Positions 1 to 7,110 of a stretch of 24,000 nucleotides of DNA are shown one piece after another. A model generated the notes under the pieces. The model worked only from the letters and a program-made list of their open reading frames with translations. It ran no database searches and was not told the origin of the DNA. A program made the position numbers and the translations under genes. Source of the DNA: Oscillospiraceae bacterium (lineage in GTDB: Bacteria > Bacillota > Clostridia > Oscillospirales > Oscillospiraceae); contig JAEDDG010000024.1 of NCBI GenBank assembly GCA_016293865.1, positions 1,048 to 25,047 on the forward strand. Direction: 5' to 3'. Each line of letters opens with the position of its first letter. Position 1 is the stretch's first letter.

Positions 1-60
1 CTGGGATTTTTTTAAGCGGTGAACGGCCGTCCAATCTCAAAGAAAACGGAGGAAAACAAG

Positions 61-1476
61 ATGAGAAAGATTAACATTGCAGACATTACGCTCAGCGAAT
101 CCGCTGCCGGCAAGGATCTGACTCTCAGCTTCAAGGAAAAGCTGGAGATTGCCAAGCATCTTGATAAAATGCGGGTGGACGTGCTGGAACTGCCGCAGCT
201 GGAGAATTTGAAGACAGATGCGCTTCTGGTGCGGACCATTGCCACCACTGTGCAGAACTGCGCCGTATCCATTCAGGTGGGTATGACTGAAGCAGGCGCT
301 GACAACGCCTGGGCCGCCGTGATGAAGGCGCGCCGGCCGCGGCTGCGTGTGGCCCTGCCGGTGAGCACGGTGCAGATGGAATATCTGTGCCACAAAAAGC
401 CCGCGGCCATGCTGGAACTGATTTCCGTTATGGTGAAAAAATGCGTCTCCCTGTGCGCGGATGTGGATTTTACCGCGGAGGACGCAACACGCGCCGAGCC
501 GGAATTCCTGAAAGCGGCGATTGAAGCGGCGGTGAAGGCCGGCGCGACAACAGTGACTGTCAGTGACACGGCGGGCATTATGATGCCGGAGGAATTTGCA
601 CAGTTCATTTCCGATCTGCGCGCTACAGTTCCTGAGCTGGAAAATGTATCACTGGCGGTCAAGTGCGCCAATGAGCTGAAAATGTCCGTGGCTTGCGCCA
701 TGACTGCCGTCAAAGCCGGCGCCTGCGAGATCAAGGCATGCGCTTCCGGGGATACGCTGCCGACGCTCTCGGCTCTGAGCCGGATTTTCCGCCTGCGGGG
801 CGATTCTGTGGGCGTCTGCTGCAATCTGAATTCCATGGAGATCCAGCGCCTGACCAAGCAGATTGAGTGGATTACCCGGGCGAAAAAGTCGGCCACCACG
901 CCGTTTGACACCGGCATCAGCGCCGGCAGCGGCGCGGAGTTTTCGCTCAGCAGCAATGACAGCCTGGACGAGGTGGCCAAGGCTGTGGCGCAGCTGGGCT
1001 ATGACCTGACCGAGGATGATATTGCCAAGGTTTATGAGTCTTTTTCCCACATTGCGTCCAAGAAAGCGGTTTCCTCAAAGGAGCTTGAGGCAATTGTGGC
1101 CAGCGTTGCGCTGCAGGTTCCGCCCACGTACCGGCTGAAGAGCTTTGTCATCAACAGCGGCAACCTGATTTCCGCCACAGCCAATATTTCCCTTGACAAG
1201 GGCGACCGGATGATGCAGGGCGTCAGCGTCGGCGACGGTCCTATTGACGCGGCGTTCCTTGCCATTGAAAAAATTATCGGAACCCATTATGACCTGGACG
1301 ATTTCCAGATCCAGGCCGTTACCGAGGGGCGCGAGGCCGTGGGCTCCGCTGTTGTCAAGCTGCGGTCGTCAACCGGAAAGCTTTATTCCGGCCGCGGAAT
1401 TTCCACGGATATCATCGGCGCGTCCATCCGCGCGTACATCAACGCCCTGAACAAGATCGTTTATGAGGAGAACTGA
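61..1476 (+). CDS. LeuA/HMGL-like TIM-barrel protein with a LeuA-type C-terminal regulatory domain; catalytic motifs degenerate (probable pseudoenzyme or regulatory subunit)
   Basis: ORF 19..1476. GGAGGA at 45-50 favours ATG 61 (MRKINIADITL...). The N-terminus is collinear with 2-isopropylmalate synthase, but the expected TLRDGEQ reads TLSESAA and the HxH metal-site region reads AVKCANELK. The C-terminal GDGPIDAAFLAIEKI...GRGISTDIIGASIRAYINALNKI resembles the LeuA dimerisation/allosteric domain. Confidence 0.75.
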   Translation: MRKINIADITLSESAAGKDLTLSFKEKLEIAKHLDKMRVDVLELPQLENLKTDALLVRTIATTVQNCAVSIQVGMTEAGADNAWAAVMKARRPRLRVALPVSTVQMEYLCHKKPAAMLELISVMVKKCVSLCADVDFTAEDATRAEPEFLKAAIEAAVKAGATTVTVSDTAGIMMPEEFAQFISDLRATVPELENVSLAVKCANELKMSVACAMTAVKAGACEIKACASGDTLPTLSALSRIFRLRGDSVGVCCNLNSMEIQRLTKQIEWITRAKKSATTPFDTGISAGSGAEFSLSSNDSLDEVAKAVAQLGYDLTEDDIAKVYESFSHIASKKAVSSKELEAIVASVALQVPPTYRLKSFVINSGNLISATANISLDKGDRMMQGVSVGDGPIDAAFLAIEKIIGTHYDLDDFQIQAVTEGREAVGSAVVKLRSSTGKLYSGRGISTDIIGASIRAYINALNKIVYEEN

Positions 1477-1478
1477 CC

Positions 1479-3995
1479 ATGAAACTTTCATTTTCCATTA
1501 AAGGCTGGAACGGATACAGCTGGGATGAGTTCTGCGCCCTGGCAAAGGATATGGATATTCAGGGCATTGAGCTTTACAATATTCACAATACTGCGTTTAC
1601 AGAGAAGGGCGGCCCCTTTGACGAGCATACGGCGGCGGCCACTCTGCGGGAAATGCATGCGCACAATCTGCAGATCCCGTGCATCGATTCTGTCTGCGAC
1701 ATCGCCGACGCTGCGCAGTATGAACACAACTGCACGGAAATTGACGCCTGTATCAAAACGGCGGCGAGCTTTAAAGTTCCCTATGTCCGCGTACACGCCA
1801 CCGGCGGCGACGATGTGACGGAAACCGTGATGAACTGCCTGCGCAGGGCTGTTGCAGCCGCGGAAGCGGCGGGTGTCACTGTGCTGATTGAAACGGTGGG
1901 GCTCTTTGCCGACACCGGCCGGCTGAGAAATGTCCTGAATGATTTTGCCTGCGACAATCTCGGCGCGCTGTGGGATATGCAGCATCCCTACCGCATCTGC
2001 GGCGAAAAGCCGGACACGACAATCCAGAATCTGGGTGCCTATGTCCGCCATGTGCATGTGAAGGACTCTGAAGTTGTGGACGGCCAGGTGGAATACCGCC
2101 TGATGGGCGAGGGCACGCTGCCTATGCAGGATATGATGAACGCCCTGCGCAGCGTGAACTACAACGGCTTCATTTCCCTGGAATGGGATCCCGCCTGGAT
2201 GCCTGAAATCGACGATATTGAGGTTATCCTGCCGCATTTCGTGAATTACATGAACCGGTTCAGCGATCCCTCCCGGTCGCGCTCCGTTCTGTATGACAAC
2301 CATACGCATACAGGCAAATATGTCTGGAAAAAGGAACTGATCATCGAGAAGACATTCTCTCAGGTACTGGACAGAATGGTGGAGGAATTCCCGGATCAGT
2401 ACGCCTTCAAATATACGACGCTGGATTACACCCGGACCTATGCCGAGTTCAGGGACGATGTGGACGAGTTTGCCCGCACGCTGATCGCGCTGGGCGTCAA
2501 GCCCGGCGACAAGGTGTCCATCTGGGCGACCAACATTCCCCAGTGGTATATCACCTTCTGGGCGACAACGAAGATCGGCGCGATCCTGGTGACTGTCAAT
2601 ACGGCGTACAAGGTGCATGAGGCCGAATATCTGTTCCGTCAGTCCGACACCCATACAATCGTGATGATTGACGGCTACAGGGATTCCAACTACTCTGAAA
2701 TCATCGCGGAGCTGTGCCCGGAGCTGGAGAATACCGTGCCCGGCCAGCCGTTGCATGCAAAGCGCCTGCCGTTCCTGCGCAACGTGATCACCGTCGGGTT
2801 CAGACAGAAGGGCTGCCTGACCTGGGAGGAATCCCTGCTGCTGGCAAACCGCGTGCCCCAGGAAGAGGTGGATCGCAGGGCGGCTGCGGTGGACATTCAC
2901 GACGTGTGCAACATGCAGTATACGTCGGGTACCACGGGCTTCCCCAAGGGTGTTATGCTGACCCATTACAACGTCGTCAACAACGGCAAGGCCATCGGCG
3001 ACTGCATGGATCTGTCCACGGCAGACCGGATGATGATCCAGGTGCCCATGTTCCACTGCTTCGGCATGGTGCTGGCCATGACGGCATCCATGACGCACGG
3101 GGCGACGCTGCATCCGATTCCGTATTTCTCACCGAAATCTTCGCTGGCCTGCATCAACAACGAGCATGTGACGGCCTTCCACGGCGTGCCGACCATGTTT
3201 ATTGCCATGCTCGAGCATGAAGATTTTGAAAAGACTGATTTTTCCTACATGCGTACGGGTATTATGGCCGGTTCCCCCTGTCCCATCAAGGTGATGGAGG
3301 ACGTTGTGGAAAAGATGCACATGCCGGAAATCTGCATTACGTACGGGCAGACGGAGGCATCGCCCGCCACGACCATGAGCAAGACCACAGACTCCATCGA
3401 AACCCGTGTCAATACCGTGGGCAGCCCCATCTTCGGCGTCGAGTGCAAAATTATCAATCCGGAGACAGGCGAGGAAGTGCCGGACAACGTGGACGGCGAG
3501 TTCTGCGCCCGGGGCTACAACATCATGAAGGGATATTACAAGATGCCCATCGCCACGGCGGAAGCCATTGACAAGGACGGCTGGCTCCACTCCGGAGATC
3601 TGCTGCGCCGCCTGCCGGACGGCACGTTCAAGGTTACCGGCCGCCTGAAGGATATGATTATCCGCGGCGGCGAGAACATCTACCCCAAGGAGATCGAGGA
3701 CTTCCTCTACACCCATCCCAAGGTTTCGGACGTTCAGGTCATCGGCGTGCCGGATGAGCAGTACGGCGAGGAAATCATGGCCTGCGTGATTGTGAAGGAA
3801 GGGGAAACGCTGACCGAAAGCGAGCTGCGGGAATATTGCCGCACGCGCATTGCCAAGCATAAGGTCCCGCGCTACTTCGATTTTGTGGATTCCTTCCCCA
3901 TGAATGCGGCCGGAAAGATCCTCAAATACAAAATGCGCGAACAGGCGGTGGACAAGCTGGGCCTGAAGAAGGCGGCGTCGGTTGTGACGGCCTGA
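1479..3995 (+). CDS. Fusion protein: N-terminal xylose-isomerase-like (sugar phosphate isomerase/epimerase, AP-endonuclease-2 type) TIM barrel plus C-terminal AMP-forming acyl-CoA ligase (FadD/ACSF2-like)
   Basis: One 838-aa ORF. Its ATG lies 2 nt after the stop of the upstream gene. Residues about 1-270 carry TIM-barrel metal-ligand-like positions (LIETVG, WDMQHP, HVHVKD, SLEWD). Residues about 300-838 carry adenylate-forming motifs YTSGTTGFPKGVMLTH, YGQTE, GWLHSGD and GRLKDMIIRGGENIYPKEIE. Confidence 0.85.
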   Translation: MKLSFSIKGWNGYSWDEFCALAKDMDIQGIELYNIHNTAFTEKGGPFDEHTAAATLREMHAHNLQIPCIDSVCDIADAAQYEHNCTEIDACIKTAASFKVPYVRVHATGGDDVTETVMNCLRRAVAAAEAAGVTVLIETVGLFADTGRLRNVLNDFACDNLGALWDMQHPYRICGEKPDTTIQNLGAYVRHVHVKDSEVVDGQVEYRLMGEGTLPMQDMMNALRSVNYNGFISLEWDPAWMPEIDDIEVILPHFVNYMNRFSDPSRSRSVLYDNHTHTGKYVWKKELIIEKTFSQVLDRMVEEFPDQYAFKYTTLDYTRTYAEFRDDVDEFARTLIALGVKPGDKVSIWATNIPQWYITFWATTKIGAILVTVNTAYKVHEAEYLFRQSDTHTIVMIDGYRDSNYSEIIAELCPELENTVPGQPLHAKRLPFLRNVITVGFRQKGCLTWEESLLLANRVPQEEVDRRAAAVDIHDVCNMQYTSGTTGFPKGVMLTHYNVVNNGKAIGDCMDLSTADRMMIQVPMFHCFGMVLAMTASMTHGATLHPIPYFSPKSSLACINNEHVTAFHGVPTMFIAMLEHEDFEKTDFSYMRTGIMAGSPCPIKVMEDVVEKMHMPEICITYGQTEASPATTMSKTTDSIETRVNTVGSPIFGVECKIINPETGEEVPDNVDGEFCARGYNIMKGYYKMPIATAEAIDKDGWLHSGDLLRRLPDGTFKVTGRLKDMIIRGGENIYPKEIEDFLYTHPKVSDVQVIGVPDEQYGEEIMACVIVKEGETLTESELREYCRTRIAKHKVPRYFDFVDSFPMNAAGKILKYKMREQAVDKLGLKKAASVVTA

Positions 3996-4066
3996 CGGTC
4001 CGGATCGCTGGGGCAAAACGCCCAAATCCGCGGGGAAAATTTTTGAGAATGTGTCAGGTCTGACTG

Positions 4067-4096
4067 TTGACACGGACGAAAAAATAAGAGTAAAAT
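4067..4096 (+). promoter_or_regulatory. Sigma-A-like promoter of T-box leader 1
   Basis: TTGACA (4067-4072), 18-nt spacer, TAAAAT (4091-4096), about 25 nt upstream of the Stem I K-turn. Confidence 0.6.
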
Positions 4097-4119
4097 GACA
4101 TCAATTGAATCATTGTTAA

Positions 4120-4404
4120 AGGCTGTGACGAAGACGGAAGAGCGATTTCACATCCAGAGAGCCGGGGACGGTGTGAGCCCGGCGGTGCAGATCCTCATAT
4201 TCCCATCCCTTCCGAGCTGTTGGCCCCAAAGTCCGTTCCGGATGAGTAGACGCCTTCCGTGATTGCTGCGTGAATGCATAGGGCTTGACTGAGCCTGAGA
4301 GCGGTGCCGGATAACCGGCGCAATTTGAGTGGTACCGCGGGTTTATCTTGTTTGTAAACTCGTCTCAAGGATTTCCGTATCTTTGAGACGAGTTTTTTGT
4401 TTTT
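4120..4404 (+). promoter_or_regulatory. T-box riboswitch leader 1 (tRNA-sensing transcription attenuator)
   Basis: K-turn GGC-UGU-GA (4121-4128) opposite GA-GCU (4214-4218). AGAGA bulge at 4156-4160. Distal hairpin gccggg/cccggc with loop GACGGUGUGAG (4161-4183). GAGUAG and CCGUGA (F-box-like) at about 4242-4262. T-box sequence AAUUUGAGUGGUACCGCGG at 4322-4340. UUGAG (4325-4329) can pair with CUCAA (4364-4368) in the 5' arm of the terminator, giving an antiterminator alternative. Confidence 0.85.
4357..4404 (+). terminator. Intrinsic terminator of T-box leader 1
   Basis: actcgtctcaa (4358-4368) pairs with ttgagacgagt (4383-4393), followed by TTTTTGTTTTT. It sits immediately before RBS AAGGAGG (4405-4411). 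Confidence 0.85.
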
Positions 4405-4417
4405 AAGGAGGTAAAAG

Positions 4418-6685
4418 ATGATGAGCAGCTACGTTGACAACAGCATCCTTGAGGTGGCGCACCGCATTCGTGAAATGCGCGAGATCGCGGGCTTTTCCGT
4501 GGAAGAGATGGCCGCCCAGACCAATGTGACGGCTGATATGTACCGGACGCTGGAGGCAGGCGGGACGGACCTTCCGTTCACATTTATCCACAAGTGCGCG
4601 CTGGCCTTCGGCATTGAGATTACCGACCTGATTGAAGGCAAAAGCGCCAAGCTTACCAGCTATACAGTGACCCGCAAAGGTGAGGGACGTGTGACAGCCC
4701 AGGAGGACGGGATTGAAATCCTTGACCTTGCGCCGCAGTTCCGCAAAAAAATTGCAGAGCCGTACTGGGTCCGCTATGAGTATTCTGAAGAGCTGCAGAC
4801 AAAGCCCATTCATCTGACCACACACTCCGGCCAGGAGTTTGACTATATCATCAAGGGCCGCCTGAAGGTTCAGGTCGGCAATCACATCGAAGTTCTCAAT
4901 GAGGGCGATTCGATTTACTACAACAGCTCCACGCCGCACGGCATGATTGCCGTCAACGGTGAGCCCTGCGTATTCTGCGCGGTTGTTCTGCCGGGCGAGG
5001 ATGCGGCGGAGAGCGAGCACAAAAACAGCATCATCCATCCCCGGACGGCGGAGCCCATGATCTGCGACAAGTTTGTGCGCTGCACAGAGGATGAGGAAGG
5101 CCATCTGCAGAAGATCGAGTTTACGAATGAGGATCAGTTCAACTTCGGCTTCGACGTGGTGGATGCGCTGGCGGATAAGTATCCCGATAAGCTTGCCATG
5201 CTGCACATTGCAGAGGATATGACCGAGCGCCGCTTCAGCTTTGCGGACATGAAGCGCGCCAGCGCCCAGACGGCCAACTATTTCACTTCACTGGGCATCA
5301 AAAAGGGCGACCGGGTCATGCTGGTGCTCAAGCGGCACTATCAGTTCTGGTTCTCCATGCTGGCGCTGCATAAGATGGGCGCCATCCCGATCCCGGCCAC
5401 AAACCAGCTTCTGGAGCACGATTTTGAGTACCGTTTCGATGCGGCCGGCATCTCGGCAATCGTCTGCACGGCTGACGGAGACGCTGCGCACCAGGCGGAG
5501 CTGGCCATGGAAAAATGCCCGCAGGTGACTGTCCGCGTGCTCGTAGGCGGGAAGCGGGAAGGCTGGCACGATTTTGACAGCGAGTACAAGCTTTTCTCCG
5601 GCTCTTATCCGCGTACGGAAGAGACGCCCTGCGGCGACGACATCATGTTCATGCTCTTTACTTCCGGCACCACAGGGTACCCGAAAATTGCGGAGCACAG
5701 CTACAAGTATCCGCTCGGCCACTATGTGACCGCCAAGTACTGGCACTGTGTGGAGCGGGGCGGCCTGCACCTGACCATTTCCGATACCGGCTGGGGCAAG
5801 GCGCTGTGGGGCAAGCTTTACGGCCAGTGGCTGGCAGAAGGCGCCGTATTCGTCTATGACTTTGACCGGTTCGATGCCCATAAGATTCTGCCCATGTTTG
5901 CAAAATACAACATTACAACCTTCTGTGCGCCGCCCACCATGCTGCGCATGATGGTCAAGGAGGATCTGTCACAGTACGATCTGAGCTCCGTCACCCATAT
6001 GACGACGGCAGGCGAGGCGCTGAATCCCGAGGTCTTCCGCCAGTTCGAGGCGGCCACCGGCCTGCAGATCATGGAAGGTTTCGGCCAGACGGAGACGACG
6101 CTCCTGATCGGCAACCTGATCGGCGATACACCCAAGCTGGGATCCATGGGCAAGCCCTCGCCCCAGTATGACGTGGTGATTGTGGACGCACAGGGCAAGG
6201 AAGTCCCGGTCGGTGAAAACGGCGAAATCTGCGTGCGTACAGACAAGGGCGTGCCCTGCGGCCTGTTCAAGGGCTATTACAACGCGCCGGATAAAACGGC
6301 CGAGGTCTGGCACGACGGCCTGTACCACACCGGCGACGTGGCCTGGAAGGATGAGGACGGCTATCTGTGGTACGTCAGCCGCATCGACGACGTGATCAAA
6401 TCCTCCGGCTACCGCATCGGGCCGTTTGAGATTGAGAGCGTGATCATGGAGCTTCCGTATGTTCTGGAGTGCGGCGTTTCTGCGGCTCCGGATCCGGTGC
6501 GCGGCCAGGTGGTCAAGGCGTCCATCGTTCTGACTAAGGGAACCGAGGGGACCGAGGAGCTGAAAAAAGAGATCCAGGATTATGTGAAAAAGCATACCGC
6601 ACCGTACAAATATCCGCGTATTGTGGTCTTCCGTGACAGTCTGCCCAAGTCCATCAGCGGCAAGATCCAGCGCAACAAGCTGTAA
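4418..6685 (+). CDS. XRE-family HTH + cupin + medium-chain acyl-CoA synthetase (MACS/ACSM-like, AMP-forming) fusion, paralog 1
   Basis: 755-aa ORF with AAGGAGG 6 nt upstream. HTH at about aa 10-70 (FSVEEMAAQTNVTADMYRTLEAG). Cupin at about aa 130-190 (HSGQEFDYIIKG...STPHGMIAV). Ligase motifs FTSGTTGYPK, GFGQTET, YHTGDVA, RIDDVIKSSGYRIGPFEIES, SGKIQRNKL. Confidence 0.9.
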   Translation: MMSSYVDNSILEVAHRIREMREIAGFSVEEMAAQTNVTADMYRTLEAGGTDLPFTFIHKCALAFGIEITDLIEGKSAKLTSYTVTRKGEGRVTAQEDGIEILDLAPQFRKKIAEPYWVRYEYSEELQTKPIHLTTHSGQEFDYIIKGRLKVQVGNHIEVLNEGDSIYYNSSTPHGMIAVNGEPCVFCAVVLPGEDAAESEHKNSIIHPRTAEPMICDKFVRCTEDEEGHLQKIEFTNEDQFNFGFDVVDALADKYPDKLAMLHIAEDMTERRFSFADMKRASAQTANYFTSLGIKKGDRVMLVLKRHYQFWFSMLALHKMGAIPIPATNQLLEHDFEYRFDAAGISAIVCTADGDAAHQAELAMEKCPQVTVRVLVGGKREGWHDFDSEYKLFSGSYPRTEETPCGDDIMFMLFTSGTTGYPKIAEHSYKYPLGHYVTAKYWHCVERGGLHLTISDTGWGKALWGKLYGQWLAEGAVFVYDFDRFDAHKILPMFAKYNITTFCAPPTMLRMMVKEDLSQYDLSSVTHMTTAGEALNPEVFRQFEAATGLQIMEGFGQTETTLLIGNLIGDTPKLGSMGKPSPQYDVVIVDAQGKEVPVGENGEICVRTDKGVPCGLFKGYYNAPDKTAEVWHDGLYHTGDVAWKDEDGYLWYVSRIDDVIKSSGYRIGPFEIESVIMELPYVLECGVSAAPDPVRGQVVKASIVLTKGTEGTEELKKEIQDYVKKHTAPYKYPRIVVFRDSLPKSISGKIQRNKL

Positions 6686-6758
6686 AACGCCTGCGGCAAT
6701 ACCGGACAATTTGCCGGGAATTTCAGCAGAATCCGGAGGGATTTCGCCAATATACCCA

Positions 6759-6787
6759 TTGACAACCTTTTTTCGGTGTGGTAATCT
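6759..6787 (+). promoter_or_regulatory. Sigma-A-like promoter of T-box leader 2
   Basis: TTGACA (6759-6764), 17-nt spacer, TAATCT (6782-6787), with TG 1 nt upstream (TGgTAATCT, extended -10-like). Confidence 0.55.
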
Positions 6788-6803
6788 TTACTCAATTCAG
6801 AAA

Positions 6804-7089
6804 AGCTTTGACGGAGAGTGCCCTGGCAGGCCGTGTTTCAGAGAATTGGCGTCTGGTGCGAGCCAATAATACGCAGCCAGCGGTTTGTAGCTCCCGAGCT
6901 GGAAGGAAGAAAGCGCGTGCGTGAGTAGAACCTTCCCGTGACTGCTGCGTAAAGGCATAGGGCTTGACAGAGTCTGAGAGTGGCGCTGGTTTCCGGCGCA
7001 ATTTGAGTGGTACCGCGGGTCTTTATATGAACGTATAAAACTCGTCTCAAAGATTACAACATCTTTGGGGCGGGTTTTTGTTTTACCGC
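6804..7089 (+). promoter_or_regulatory. T-box riboswitch leader 2 (tRNA-sensing transcription attenuator)
   Basis: K-turn AGC-UUU-GA (6804-6811) opposite GA-GCU (6896-6900). AGAGA at 6840-6844. Distal hairpin attggc/gccaat with loop GUCUGGUGCGA. GAGUAG and CCGUGA elements at about 6922-6941. A 28-nt block ccggcgcaatttgagtggtaccgcgggt (6993-7020) is identical to 4315-4342. Terminator ctcgtctcaaagat / atctttggggcggg (7041-7074, several G-U pairs) followed by TTTTTGTTTT. Confidence 0.85.
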
Positions 7090-7110
7090 CCCGGAAAACG
7101 GAGGAAAATT

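Noticed and set aside
1488-3113. 541-aa minus-strand ORF, plus similar antisense ORFs at 273-980, 3129-4073, 4403-5206, 5969-6709, 10521-11309, 12121-12855, 13150-14501 and 15346-16695
   Set aside because: All of them overlap strongly supported genes on the opposite strand, lack RBSs and have biased, motif-free translations.
3996-4066. Terminator after the TIM-ligase fusion gene
   Set aside because: Only weak 4-bp GC pairings (gggc/gccc, ccgcgg) precede the AAAATTTTT stretch, with no convincing stem. Transcription may read into the leader 1 promoter region, so nothing was annotated.
6381-6685. Possible recent gene conversion between the 3' ends of the two ligase paralogs (5 differences in 101 aa)
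   Set aside because: The nucleotide sequences differ at many synonymous sites (for example cgcatcgacgacgtg versus cggattgacgatgtg). The protein identity therefore reflects purifying selection, not recent homogenisation.
7078-7110. N-terminal extension of ligase paralog 2 (MFYRPGKRRKI)
   Set aside because: The extension lies inside the T-box terminator U-tract. ATG 7111 has a GGAGGA RBS and restores the same length as paralog 1.
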